A DNA stretch of 63,318 nt, filler included, from Octopus bimaculoides (GCF_001194135.2; 5 parts of 5 records of this genome joined end to end with filler, not necessarily neighbours in it), one strand, 5' to 3'; positions 38,235 through 52,029 are shown, counted from the first letter of the whole stretch. Made by a program: numbers and translations. The notes: a model not told the origin generated them from the letters alone.

Positions 38235-38398
38235 CGACAGGTTTCATTCAGTTTCCGACTCACAAGACTTTGGTCAGCCCGAAGCTATAGTAGAAGACAC
38301 TTGTCCAAGGTGCCACTGCATTGAAACCCGAGTCATGTGGTTAGGAAACAAGTTTCTTACCACACAGCCACGCCTGCGCCTACATGCCATGCCTGCGC
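38235..38398 (-). mobile_element. SINE family B head
   Basis: Reverse complement of the 24965-type head. Confidence 0.75.
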
Positions 38399-38980
38399 CT
38401 CTATATATATCTTACCCGTGACCAGAATATTTATTCTTTGTCAATAACTTTCCAAGGAAGATTTATTATTATGATTGGAAGTATATGTTAATTGGTAAAG
38501 ACCTTACTGAAAATCCTCCTCAAACATGGCTGACCTGGATGGAAACTAAATAACAACAACAACAACAACAACAATGACTTTAACATGAACAAGAGGAACA
38601 ACAACTTCCGGTCTACTTATTATTATGACAAGGACAGGAAGTAATGAAGAGAGAAAAAAGAAAAAAAGAAATAAAGATAAAAGAGTGACAACAGCTTTAA
38701 CAAGAACAATAATCATTATAACATTAATCACAGTTATTATGATTGTCGTAACACATAAGTATGAATATTATTATTTTTAATAATGGCGGTAATACAATAT
38801 GGAGGTCAGAGCCGATAAAGAGTTTAACGAAGGGAAGAGGGGGTAAGTGCTTAAGGAAGTGAAACGTAGACAATGGTTCGTCTAATTGACTTAACCCCCG
38901 TGTTAAGTGTTCAGATAATCACTGGCACCGCTGGTGGAAGAAATCTCTTTCTAGAAACGTCTTTAACACGCTGACACATC

Positions 38981-39055
<75 letters not shown>

Positions 39056-39244
39056 GCCGAAATCACAAGTGGCCAGTAGGCTGAATGCTGGATTTATAGA
39101 AATGTATATGAATATGTGTGCGTATGTGTGTGTACATATATATATATATGTATATAATTTATTATATATAATTTATTAGGACAGCGCTTTTGTGAGACGA
39201 TCGTAAGATGCATTAAAACTTAATTCAAAATCTTTAAACTGACA

Positions 39245-39280
<36 letters not shown>

Positions 39281-39909
39281 TATATATTTATACTTATACA
39301 TATTTACATATATTTTTACATATCATTTTAATACAACAATTATTCTACACATGTACATATCTTTCTGATGAATTTTCTATTGATTTCCTTATATTAATAA
39401 TAATATATTATAAAATATATATATATATTTATATATATACAGATATAGGGCAGGGAATCGTCAATTAGTAATAAAATTAATAATTAACAATTTTGCCAAG
39501 TAGCCATCCGTTAGAGAAAAAAATTTGTAGTTTGGAATCAGTAGTTCTTTGACTGCTATTTCTAAATTTTCAGTATGTTGGAGAAGCAACTCATGCTAAT
39601 CNNNNNNNNNNNNNNNNNNNNNNNNNNNNNNNNNNNNNNNNNNNNNNNNNNNNNNNNNNNNNNNNNNNNNNNNNNNNNNNNNNNNNNNNNNNNNNNNNNN
39701 NNNNNNNNNNNNNNNNNNNNNNNNNNNNNNNNNNNNNNNNNNNNNNNNNNNNNNNNNNNNNNNNNNNNNNNNNNNNNNNNNNNNNNNNNNNNNNNNNNNN
39801 NNNNNNNNNNNNNNNNNNNNNNNNNNNNNNNNNNNNNNNNNNNNNNNNNNNNNNNNNNNNNNNNNNNNNNNNNNNNNNNNNNNNNNNNNNNNNNNNNNNN
39901 NNNNNNNNN

Positions 39910-39962
<53 letters not shown>

Positions 39963-40265
39963 TGTGTGTGTGTGTGTGTGCGTGTGTATGTATATTTACA
40001 TACAAACATATATACTAAACTTAAACTAGCTTATATTTCTTCTTAACGTTCCCTACATATGCGTTCGTGTACGAGTGATATTTTCTCAGTTCACTTTGGA
40101 TTGCCTTGATAACGCTGTGTTAACATGTCTTTTCTGATATATTAATTTGACTGACATTTTCTCCGTCTAAATATGTTGATAAAACAGAAACGGTTGCCGG
40201 CATTGCATGGTTAAATCATTAATTAAAGATGTGATTTCCTCCATTCGCATTCTTGGTGCTATATT

Positions 40266-40333
<68 letters not shown>

Positions 40334-40685
40334 CATAATGAAGGGTACTATTGTAGTACCAGCACTGCTAAAAATAGGAGTCAAAACGACTCAAAACCAC
40401 AGTTTTCACTTGTACACACTGGTGAATTGGAGGGAACGAGCAAAGTATAAAAACCCAACTTATCATTAACTTTAAAAAATCGTAAATGAAATTTCAGACC
40501 TATTCATATCACGTGATTTCGAGCCCTGTGAATTATCACTTAGTCCATCATCAGTGAGTATTACTGACCAAGGGCTAAAAAATACTCGTCTCAACCATGT
40601 GCGTACTCATCATATTTAATGCAGCGGCATATTTAAAAGATGATCGAAGTGAATTAAAAATTTATAAAAATATATAAGGATTTAA

Positions 40686-40728
<43 letters not shown>

Positions 40729-42638
40729 NNNNNNNNNNNNNNNNNNNNNNNNNNNNNNNNNNNNNNNNNNNNNNNNNNNNNNNNNNNNNNNNNNNNNNNN
40801 NNNNNNNNNNNNNNNNNNNNNNNNNNNNNNNNNNNNNNNNNNNNNNNNNNNNNNNNNNNNNNNNNNNNNNNNNNNNNNNNNNNNNNNNNNNNNNNNNNNN
40901 NNNNNNNNNNNNNNNNNNNNNNNNNNNNNNNNNNNNNNNNNNNNNNNNNNNNNNNNNNNNNNNNNNNNNNNNNNNNNNNNNNNNNNNNNNNNNNNNNNNN
41001 NNNNNNNNNNNNNNNNNNNNNNNNNNNNNNNNNNNNNNNNNNNNNNNNNNNNNNNNNNNNNNNNNNNNNNNNNNNNNNNNNNNNNNNNNNNNNNNNNNNN
41101 NNNNNNNNNNNNNNNNNNNNNNNNNNNNNNNNNNNNNNNNNNNNNNNNNNNNNNNNNNNNNNNNNNNNNNNNNNNNNNNNNNNNNNNNNNNNNNNNNNNN
41201 NNNNNNNNNNNNNNNNNNNNNNNNNNNNNNNNNNNNNNNNNNNNNNNNNNNNNNNNNNNNNNNNNNNNNNNNNNNNNNNNNNNNNNNNNNNNNNNNNNNN
41301 NNNNNNNNNNNNNNNNNNNNNNNNNNNNNNNNNNNNNNNNNNNNNNNNNNNNNNNNNNNNNNNNNNNNNNNNNNNNNNNNNNNNNNNNNNNNNNNNNNNN
41401 NNNNNNNNNNNNNNNNNNNNNNNNNNNNNNNNNNNNNNNNNNNNNNNNNNNNNNNNNNNNNNNNNNNNNNNNNNNNNNNNNNNNNNNNNNNNNNNNNNNN
41501 NNNNNNNNNNNNNNNNNNNNNNNNNNNNNNNNNNNNNNNNNNNNNNNNNNNNNNNNNNNNNNNNNNNNNNNNNNNNNNNNNNNNNNNNNNNNNNNNNNNN
41601 NNNNNNNNNNNNNNNNNNNNNNNNNNNNNNNATATATATATAAGCAGTTTCCCCACCGCTCTGATCACAATCAACTTAAACTGACTATCACAATGGCGTG
41701 CAACTCGAGTTTCATGAAAAAGAATTCAGTTTAAACAAACAATATAATTCTACACCGTGTATTCTGTTCGGTGGTCGTCTTTCTTTGATAAACTGTAACA
41801 TCTAAATACGTCTGGCTGCTTATCATATATAAATGCTATGTTATATATGCAGTGATTAAACATTCTCTGATATAGAACAACAATAGGAAATATAGACTAT
41901 ATATATGCATGTGTGTGTGTATGTATGTGTGTGTGTGTATGTGTGTATATATAGACACACACACACGCACATTTATAAAAGCATGTATGTCACTAACATG
42001 ACGTTTAGACAAACACAAATCTACAAACATAACACACATCCACACACACACACATACACACACACACACACATCCACACACACACATACAACAGCTGTAG
42101 ATCTGTGATGTCTGATGAAGGAAACAATTAATTGTTGTTAGTGTCAGCGGTCGTTATCTCGCCAAAGACAGTAAAAACCTAATAAAACGAATAATAAGCG
42201 CATTTAATTATTTTCATTTGTATATATTCGAATATCACACGGAACTATCTCTTCTATCTGTTATTATCCATCTTATTTTCCTGCTCATCTCTGTCTGTCT
42301 CTGACTCGGTCTATCACTCTGTATGTCTGTCTATCTGTTTGTCTGTCTGTCTGTTTGTCTGTTCGTCGGCTTGTCCGTTTAAATGTCTCTTCTTACTGAG
42401 GCTCCGTGTCTTTGTGTCTCTATTCTTGCTCTCTATTTCTGTCTGCCTGTATGGACAGACTCTCTTTGTCTGCCTGTATGGACTATCGAGTGTCAGTATT
42501 GACGATCCATCCATCCATCCATCCATCCATCCTTCCACTCGCCCACCTATCTATCTATCTATCTATCTGTCTATTTATCTATCTATCTGTCTATCTGTCT
42601 ATCTGTCTAGCTATCTATCTATTTATCTATCTATTTAG

Positions 42639-42670
<32 letters not shown>

Positions 42671-42800
42671 AGGTCGACTTTGCCTTTCATCCTTTCGAGG
42701 TCGATAAATTAAGTACCAGTTGAATATGGGGGGGGGGNNNNNNNNNNNNNNNNNNNNNNNNNNNNNNNNNNNNNNNNNNNNNNNNNNNNNNNNNNNTATA

Positions 42801-42844
<44 letters not shown>

Positions 42845-43401
42845 TTCTTCTTCTTCTTCTTCTTCTTCTTCTTCTTCTTCTTCTTCATCATCTTCTTCTT
42901 CAAGTTTAAGCCTAAATAAAAGTAAAACTATGCGCGTGTGAAAGCTTTCTGAAAAATGAATATTTTGACAGACATATATTTTCTTTTAAAAATCTCTTTT
43001 CAAAACAAAAATATTATTATCTGTGCCATTACCATATTTACAGTGTCTGCCAAAACATATGGCAGCGTAGCATTTGACTGGAACCTTCAGACTAAGATTT
43101 CATGGACCGTAATACGAGAAATTCGCTAAAATAAGAAATACAACTCACTAAATCGCCTAAAACAACTTAATACATAATCATAAACGTCGTTTCAATGTAT
43201 GCTATAAGAAACTTCAACGACAGAGAGTTCATAGAACAGAGAGTGTACGGGAAGAAGATATATGCATTTGAAAAGAGGGCAGATAGAAGAAATTGTTTGG
43301 TGATAGCGAGAAAATTTAAAGATATATGTTTCTTAGTGGATGTCGACACCCATGTTTGCGTGAATGTATTTATATACATATACATATATATATATATATA
43401 T

Positions 43402-43501
43402 NNNNNNNNNNNNNNNNNNNNNNNNNNNNNNNNNNNNNNNNNNNNTTAATTAATTAANNNNNNNNNNNNNNNNNNNNNNNNNNNNNNNNNNNNNNNNNNN
43501 N
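43402..43501. other. Assembly linker N44-TTAATTAATTAA-N44
   Basis: 12-mer at 43446-43457. Confidence 0.95.
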
Positions 43502-44112
43502 TACTAACGGACTCATCGTTTTAGATCATTGTTACGCGGCGGAGTGTTCTGAAGTTTTGCATCCCTACATACATACATACATACATATTTACATACATAC
43601 ATACATACGTACATACATCTTTTAGAGGCAAAGATAATTTTAATAAACCAAGAATGTATGTATATGAATTACCCGAGAAAGCTTTTGCAAAATTACCTGG
43701 CAAGACAAGGTGACAGACACGGAGGTCTTCTCTCGAGCCGATCAGGAGGATCACCAAACGTTTGGCAAAATTTGATGCAGATGTCTGCTTGACTTTCTCT
43801 GTCATTGTCAATGTGACGATCACACGCTACACACCTTCCTTCCAAGCACTGCTGTAAATAGCAGAAGTGTGGTAGAACGTTAAAACTTAGTGCGCATGCA
43901 CAGCAGAGTTGGAGGAAATCTGTGCCAAGCGTATTTGCTCTGCTTGCTTTGGCTTCGTTATTATGGCAACAATGCCCATACTTATTGATCAGACCACGTA
44001 TATGCGTATGTGTGCGCACATGTGTTTTTATATGTATATATGACGTGGAAAATCCATATATATTGTTACCAGGTATATGTGTGTGCGTGTGTGAGTGTAA
44101 TACCTAGAGAGA

Positions 44113-44145
<33 letters not shown>

Positions 44146-44576
44146 AAAGAGTAATGAAGTGAATTTGAATTTTACGTAAGGATTTAAATATTACTCAGAC
44201 ATTTCCCAAGTAATTTTCGGAGTGATTGTAAAAAGGAAAAAAATTGGTGTTTCATTGTGTCCTAAATGACGACAGCAATACTGTTGTGTCGACGCCCCCA
44301 GGCGAAGAAGTAGGATCTCCTAAGACATATAAATAGAGGTAGTTCGGCCGTGGTAGGTGTGTTGAGTAGCAGTCGAGTAGCGATTGTATAGCGGTTGAGT
44401 AGAGGTCATCCGAAGGTGCTAGATAGCAGTAGGGTTGAGGCATAACAAATACACATATAACAATAAACATTTAAAAAGAGCATTACAAAACACTATGCAA
44501 AGTTTATTTGAGCACAATGCAATCCATATTCAAATTAACATCCATTTTCTCCTACTTTTTCATGGCCATCATTGTA

Positions 44577-44745
44577 TTCTTCTTCTTCTTCTTCTTCTTC
44601 TTCTTCTTCTTCTTCTTCTTCTTCTTCTTCTTCTTCTTCTTCTTCCACCTCCTCTTCCTGCTCCCCTCTTCTTCTTCTTCTTCTTCTTCTTCTTCTTCTT
44701 CTTCTTCTTCTTCTTCTTCTTCTTCTTCTTCTTCTTCTTCTTCTC
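44577..44745. repeat. (TCT)n microsatellite
   Basis: Directly visible, about 80 bp upstream of the Ig exon acceptor. Confidence 0.95.
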
Positions 44746-44825
44746 AAGTTGTTCTGTAAATGCAGTTATGTTTTAACAACAAACACTTCCTCTGATTTAT
44801 TCTTTTTTTTCTTTTTTCTACACAG

Positions 44826-45131
44826 TTGTTGATATCGATATATACCCTACTGAGGGTATTGATTTTGGTCTAATAACTATAATATGTAGGTATGATGAGC
44901 AAAATATCACTGAGCTTTCTCTGGTGCAAAATCAAAACCATACCATTGTGAATTTTAAATACAAAGAGAATGGTGTCAATGAGAAAACAATCGAGCAGAA
45001 CAATTTCAAGTGTTCAATTCAACCTGATATAGATGAGGTTGTCTGCTTGAAGTTGCCAGGCTCTTGCGAGGATGTGGCAAACTACACATGTGAAACACCT
45101 TTAGAATCTTCAGAACCTAAACCCCTGACAG
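44826..45131 (+). CDS. Internal coding exon: V-like immunoglobulin domain
   Basis: Polypyrimidine tract + cacag acceptor; 306 nt open; G|gtcagt donor; phase 1-1. VDIDIYPTEGIDFGLITIICRYDEQNITELSLVQNQNHTIVNFKY..FKCSIQPDIDEVVCLKLPGSCEDVANYTCETPLESSEPKPLT: B-strand Cys, D-x-A-x-Y-x-C F-strand motif, three N-glycosylation sequons. Confidence 0.8.
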
Positions 45132-45304
45132 GTCAGTGTTACCAGTTTTATTTGTTTTCACTTATTAAGCCCCAATATCATTAATTTTATCCCTATTGCG
45201 TGTTTCTACTGCACTATCGGGAACACATTTGTAGCATTTGATATATGCAATATTTTACTCTGGTTTTGTATTTTCTATTGCAGAAATAATCTACTTATTG
45301 GGTA

Positions 45305-46030
45305 CAGTAACAGTTGTACACTTTACTCGTTTTACAAATCAATTTTCCCCATTGAAATTAACTGCACTATAATTAATCCGTTCCAGGCTCCCCAAACCAT
45401 CCAAAAACAATTTATTTTTTTATGAGTTTTAAGACAGAAAAGGTGTAGTTACAATTAAAATGACAATTATAAAAAAGAGAATGTAAAAGAAATATATAAA
45501 CAGGTTTTATTAGCTGAATTATCTTAAAAATGGGACGATATGTGCGCGAGGAAGACGATAGAGAGGGGAGGAGAATTACTGTTCGGAAGGAGAATCTCCT
45601 TCCATTAAGACTTCATAAGGAACGACCTCTGGCATTTCCTGTTTCACTTTGCCAAATTTAGTCTTTTGGGACACACTTTCTTCACTTTTTACACTTGCAG
45701 GTTACTTCATTAGAAACATATCAAGAGAAGTTTGCTTTTTCCTGCCTCTCAAAATGTTACGAAAATGCGCCAGAGCAGTGTCATTAAATAAAGCAGTTGC
45801 ATGACCTGCAGATACTTTTTCAGGATGATATTTTTCTACAAATTCAATAAAATACTGCCACATTGCCAACACTGCATTTATGCCACTCGTAGTGATAACA
45901 TTCCCTGCTACACTGTCTTCCCCCGAGGAACCAATCCTTTCCACCGCATCCAAATGCTGTTGCTCCTGAATCTACAGGAGTTCATCTATCGTCAGGTCCT
46001 CTGAGTGTTCTCGACAAGATCATTTATTGG
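45305..46030 (-). mobile_element. Tigger/pogo-like transposon 3' fragment in the Ig gene intron
   Basis: EHSEDLTIDELL and MWQYFIEFVEKYHPEKVSAGHATALFNDTALAHFRNILRGRKKQTSLD match the Tigger-type transposase C-terminus; TA|CAGT terminus at about 45303. Confidence 0.8.
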
Positions 46031-46494
46031 AAGGTCGTGATCCAACTCAAATAAACATTAACAGCTGTGTGACGTGAGGGGTAAGGGGACATGAAAGTGT
46101 CACCTCTGGAGTTTGCCAACTGATTCCTATGCCGATAGGTAACTGAACAGAAATTGGCAATCTATAAGTCTCTTTGAATGACCAATCACTTATCTGGAAA
46201 GGCCTTGAAATCAATGTTACCATCTGGGGACTGTCTCTGACCCAGTGATAATAAAAAGCCTCAACGGAGGTCTACAACCAAATAACTTTACTCAAAATGA
46301 CACTTTGCAACAAAGCCAGTGGAGGCAAAGATGCCTCTCCCTTACTTGACAATTTATGCACCACATTGCAGAAATCACAATCTAAGTATATCTCAAAGCA
46401 AAGTCGTACACCATTGAATTACAAATAACGCTCATCTTTTATCCTCGGGTGTCTTTACAGCTTCCAAGACTACAACTGTATTCATCTTAGCTTA

Positions 46495-47153
46495 GGAAAA
46501 ATGACTAAATTATGGGAGTTAAGCCTCCATTAATGGGTCTTATTAATCTCCTAAGAAGTTGAAATTTTAGGAACACTACTTCATTTGTGTCTAATATCTA
46601 TGGTTAAATTTTCATCAACAGTAAAAATATATGAATATTTATGAGGGTTATAGCCTCACTTAAAACCCCTCACTTTCAAACTTATACTATTTTACATATA
46701 CCCTTATGCATAGAATATAATCTCCAAATTTTATAAAGACCCATACAGTACTTCTGACCTTGTTTTGGATCATGAATAATGACTAGAATTTGGGAGTTAA
46801 GGCCCCCATTATGGGGTCTTAGAATCCTCATGTGAAGCAGAAACTTTGGGAATACTTCTTGATTTGAAATTACATCAACATCAGAAATTTATGAATTTTC
46901 ATGGGAGGTTGTGCACCCTTTAAGTCCCACAAATTAAAACCAAACATACTGCATTATACCTGCCCTTATGCATTGAATCTATGTTCTAAATATCCTAAGG
47001 ATCCATCAGGTAATTTTGGTCCATAAAAAATGACAAAAATTTGGTGGTTAAGCCCCCATTAGGGGGGGGGGTCTTAGAATAATCCAAAGAAATGGAAATT
47101 TTGGGTATATTTTAAAATTTATTTCTAATACTTAGGGGTCAAATTTCATCAAA
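46495..47153. repeat. Diverged tandem repeat, ~250-280 bp unit, at least 2.5 copies
   Basis: aatgac.a.aatt..gg.gttaag.c.ccatt..ggg.tctta at about 46498, 46778 and 47027; cccttatgcat.gaat twice; runs into an N gap. Confidence 0.75.
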
Positions 47154-48006
47154 ANNNNNNNNNNNNNNNNNNNNNNNNNNNNNNNNNNNNNNNNNNNNNN
47201 NNNNNNNNNNNNNNNNNNNNNNNNNNNNNNNNNNNNNNNNNNNNNNNNNNNNNNNNNNNNNNNNNNNNNNNNNNNNNNNNNNNNNNNNNNNNNNNNNNNN
47301 NNNNNNNNNNNNNNNNNNNNNNNNNNNNNNNNNNNNNNNNNNNNNNNNNNNNNNNNNNNNNNNNNNNNNNNNNNNNNNNNNNNNNNNNNNNNNNNNNNNN
47401 NNNNNNNNNNNNNNNNNNNNNNNNNNNNNNNNNNNNNNNNNNNNNNNNNNNNNNNNNNNNNNNNNNNNNNNNNNNNNNNNNNNNNNNNNNNNNNNNNNNN
47501 NNNNNNNNNNNNNNNNNNNNNNNNNNNNNNNNNNNNNNNNNNNNNNNNNNNNNNNNNNNNNNNNNNNNNNNNNNNNNNNNNNNNNNNNNNNNNNNNNNNN
47601 NNNNNNNNNNNNNNNNNNNNNNNNNNNNNNNNNNNNNNNNNNNNNNNNNNNNNNNNNNNNNNNNNNNNNNNNNNNNNNNNNNNNNNNNNNNNNNNNNNNN
47701 NNNNNNNNNNNNNNNNNNNNNNNNNNNNNNNNNNNNNNNNNNNNNNNNNNNNNNNNNNNNNNNNNNNNNNNNNNNNNNNNNNNNNNNNNNNNNNNNNNNN
47801 NNNNNNNNNNNNNNNNNNNNNNNNNNNNNNNNNNNNNNNNNNNNNNNNNNNNNNNNNNNNNNNNNNNNNNNNNNNNNNNNNNNNNNNNNNNNNNNNNNNN
47901 NNNNNNNNNNNNNNNNNNNNNNNNNNNNNNNNNNNNNNNNNNNNNNNNNNNNNNNNNNNNNNNNNNNNNNNNNNNNNNNNNNNNNNNNNNNNNNNNNNNN
48001 NNNNNN

Positions 48007-48052
<46 letters not shown>

Positions 48053-48352
48053 GAATATATGTATATATCTTTATATAAGTATAAATTTGTATGAATGTAT
48101 TATTCATGTGCTTGTATGGTTATTGCTATTGACTCGGCTCCACAATGCTCTACCACCGCCTTTATTAAAAAGTTATACAGTTGAACACTTAGAAGCAGTA
48201 TTTCAAAGAGCTTAGCATCACAGATAGTTTGAGTGTTGTTATACACTTTGGTTGAGTATGAAGATTGTAGTTTATATCAGTGAAACCACTCAATATATTA
48301 TTGTAGTTCTATTATCCTAAAATTAACAAATGTTAATTTGTTTACTTTTCAG

Positions 48353-48655
48353 TAAGATCTTACATGATGAATCTGGAACTTCTTAACCCACCCTTTGAAG
48401 TAAACAAGCTATCGATATTCAAATGTACAGCAAAGGTTGGTTCACCTTTTGGTCATCAAGCCTTTCTTTGGGTTGAAGACAGTCATCGTGGCAAAATTAC
48501 AAATGAAGATTATGTGAATGTTTTAACTAATGACAAATGTTATGTTGTAGCAGAGTCAATTTTTGAGTACACTGTAAACAAGGACGACATTGACGTCACA
48601 ACCATCTCATGTGCAGTGTTCGGTGAAACACTTAATATACCAATCATCTCCACTG
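48353..48655 (+). CDS. Coding exon: C2-set (CD80/nectin-like) immunoglobulin domain
   Basis: tttacttttcag acceptor; 303 nt; G|gtgagc donor; phase 1-1 and in frame with the 44826 exon. ..PFEVNKLSIFKCTAKVGSPFGHQAFLW..KCYVVAESIFEYTVNKDDIDVTTISCAVFGETL: Cys, W, S-x-F-x-Y-x-V..DD..C pattern. Confidence 0.82.
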
Positions 48656-50929
48656 GTGAGCAAATGCCCTTTATGCTACTTTGGTTTGCGTTTTTACTTT
48701 TTCTGTTAATGTTGCTGTGGCTATCTAACCTCAGATCTTTACTAATAGAAGTTGGAGATTTTGAAAGACTTATCTATGTAAGAAGTACCGTATCTGCAGT
48801 AAAGGACGATGTCACCATTATAGTATAGGATACAAAGACAAACCAAAAATGGTCTATTCCCCATCGACTAGGTGATTAGATTTCGAAGGCTTTGGTTCGA
48901 TTTCGATTTCCAGATTGATTGAGAAGTATTTGCGAGGTAAATGGCCTGACTCTTTCAGAAATTCACTGTGTGAAAGCAGTCCTTGTAAGGTTGAAAGGAG
49001 CGGGGTTAATACTTTAGCGTGATTGTGATGCATCTAATGAAGAATCGACAATAGAGAACATGTGCTTCGTGTTCAATTCTTAAAATCACATTAAATTGAA
49101 CATAATATTTCATTTTATTTATTTAACCAGGAACAGCTGTTATATAACACCAACATAATGTATAATTGGGGAGGGCAGATTAAGTTAAAGAAACAAGAGA
49201 ATGAGATTTACCGACATAAATCCGTGGTGTTTCCCATTGTTGTTAATATTTGAAGATAGAGAAAACGACATATCCTCTTGTAGAATCTGATGTCTGTCCA
49301 TTTATTTATGTTTGTTCGCCTTTAATATTTCGTCGGTAAAGTTTTAAAACATTCTATAAGTCATTTGGCAAGATTTTAACTCACCAATCGATCTGATTGG
49401 CTGAGCCACAATCGCTTGGGTTTGTTTATGACAACCATGGTAAAAAGCCGGGAAATATGAATGCGATGGTTCAAAACAGCTGTAATCTCGCTACAATGTC
49501 CATATTGCCTGACTGATGTACTTTGCCATAGAAAACATCTAATCAGAGTGAAGTGTTTGTGTTTTTGCTTTCGAAGGGACAGGTTCCGCAGACAAAGAAA
49601 CTCACGACACACTACCACTTGAACCTCAGTGGAACGTCAAACTTCTGTCTGTTCCTGAGTAAGACTGGCTACAGTGCTCGTTACCTCCTTACACTTTTGA
49701 TCGACTTGGTTGATGGGATCAAACCAGGCACCGAGTTCTTCAACTGGTCCGTCATTTCAGAACGATCAGAGGCACACAAAAGTTGTCAATGTAGGTAGTG
49801 AAGTCTACTATCGTTGCTGACTCATTACACTCACCGAAAGATCAAGCAAAGAAATGCCGGACAGCTGCCTGTATCATGTATCACTATAGTATCTGATACG
49901 ACATGCTAGTCTCAGTCCGCCAGTGATTAGATTGTGGGTTTTTCTGTTACATCCTATTTTCACTGTTTGACTCTATCGGACAGCCTTCGATTCTTCCTTT
50001 TTTTTTAGCACACGAACACAACTTTGTCAATACAGCTTCCATATTTCATGAATAGAAATAAATGAGTGCCATTCCTGGTGCTAGCCTGTAACTTTAGCCT
50101 CTTCTAGATTACTCACTAGAGCTTATCTCAATTTATTCTTCTCTGTCATTACTGCTTTACTAAACGTTAACGATACTCATCCAACTTAACTCTTCGGAGT
50201 GTTTCACCAGGAGTTGCTGACAATTATTTCCATTAAGTATCGCTAAGCCGAATCCTGTAGTTTTGCGAGCTGATAAGCGTACATTCAGCTTCCTCTAACC
50301 GAGTCTCTCTTTACAGATCTAATCTAAATCGATCGACATCTTAGGGTAAATTTGGAAATGGCACTCGCTATGTTTTTCGAGAAGGGCCCTCTTGTTAAAT
50401 GAGGAAAAAAACAATGAAAAACCTTTCTAAGCTTCTCTTGATCAGTTTCTTCCTGAAACCCTGATTTTTATAGAATAAAGTTTTAGGTCACTACATGTGC
50501 TTGTGCCAGTTTAAATAAATAGTAGTTTTCGAAAGATATTCATCGAATCCCCACCTTTGCAAGAACGATTTCGCTTCCTATGGACAACACCGCCGCCACT
50601 ATAAGCAGTGTTGATGAGGAGGGGCTTGGGGTTCGGCGTCAGTGTTTTTCTCTGTGTTTAATTGTTATTGTTGATAACCCTGTTTTGACTTTTGTTTTCG
50701 TGTTGCTGGTAGTGGAGTTTCTAACCCACCATTGCTCCTGTTGATGAAATTACTGTTGTTCTTGGTGTAGTTGTTGTTATGGTTGTGGTGCTGGCAGCAG
50801 TGCGAACCCCACTCTTGCTTCTATTTGTTGAGAGTAGAAGATTTCTGAGTAGTTGTTGTTACACACATGTGTGAGGTATTTAGTACTTCTGCATTCAAGC
50901 ATAACCTGCAGATGAGACCCATCTATTTT

Positions 50930-51050
50930 TACTTATATAAGCAAACGAGCACGTCCCTCGCAGGATCAATCGATATCGTATACATAGCACCAACATCGCC
51001 TTTGATCCACAACCTATCATCTCTGATATATACCTAGAATTAAGACACTT
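50930..51050 (-). mobile_element. Possible Penelope RT motif remnant
   Basis: DDRLWIKGDVGAMYT resembles the PLE RT D-V-x-x-(L/M)-Y-T motif; short and flanked by stops. Confidence 0.3.
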
Positions 51051-51991
51051 CGGACAAGGCTCACATTTAGTTGACATAAAAAAACTGCTTCCTGTTAGAG
51101 TCATGCATCCTCAAATACATTCCATTTTTGTGGGTTGAATAAAATGTACCTGCAATGGAATGGCCCCGTACAAACACAGAAAATCTTTTCAAATAAATCG
51201 TTATTAAAGATTTATACAAAGCAACGAAATAAAACTTATTGATTGAATTTCAGTTCAAGATCGAAATTTGATTGTACCTTTCGATTGTAGCTCNNNNNNN
51301 NNNNNNNNNNNNNNNNNNNNNNNNNNNNNNNNNNNNNNNNNNNNNNNNNNNNNNNNNNNNNNNNNNNNNNNNNNNNNNNNNNNNNNNNNNNNNNNNNNNN
51401 NNNNNNNNNNNNNNNNNNNNNNNNNNNNNNNNNNNNNNNNNNNNNNNNNNNNNNNNNNNNNNNNNNNNNNNNNNNNNNNNNNNNNNNNNNNNNNNNNNNN
51501 NNNNNNNNNNNNNNNNNNNNNNNNNNNNNNNNNNNNNNNNNNNNNNNNNNNNNNNNNNNNNNNNNNNNNNNNNNNNNNNNNNNNNNNNNNNNNNNNNNNN
51601 NNNNNNNNNNNNNNNNNNNNNNNNNNNNNNNNNNNNNNNNNNNNNNNNNNNNNNNNNNNNNNNNNNNNNNNNNNNNNNNNNNNNNNNNNNNNNNNNNNNN
51701 NNNNNNNNNNNNNNNNNNNNNNNNNNNNNNNNNNNNNNNNNNNNNNNNNNNNNNNNNNNNNNNNNNNNNNNNNNNNNNNNNNNNNNNNNNNNNNNNNNNN
51801 NNNNNNNNNNNNNNNNNNNNNNNNNNNNNNNNNNNNNNNNNNNNNNNNNNNNNNNNNNNNNNNNNNNNNNNNNNNNNNNNNNNNNNNNNNNNNNNNNNNN
51901 NNNNNNNNNNNNNNNNNNNNNNNNNNNNNNNNNNNNNNNNNNNNNNNNNNNNNNNNNNNNNNNNNNNNNNNNNNNNNNNNNNNNNNNNNNN

Positions 51992-52029
<38 letters not shown>

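Noticed and set aside
42105-42150. Hammerhead ribozyme (ctgatga ag gaaac aattaatt gtt)
   Set aside because: Stem II is absent and stem I does not pair.
46495-47153. CRISPR-like array
   Set aside because: Long, diverged, contiguous units without unique spacers, in eukaryotic DNA with no cas genes; same for 59119-59195.
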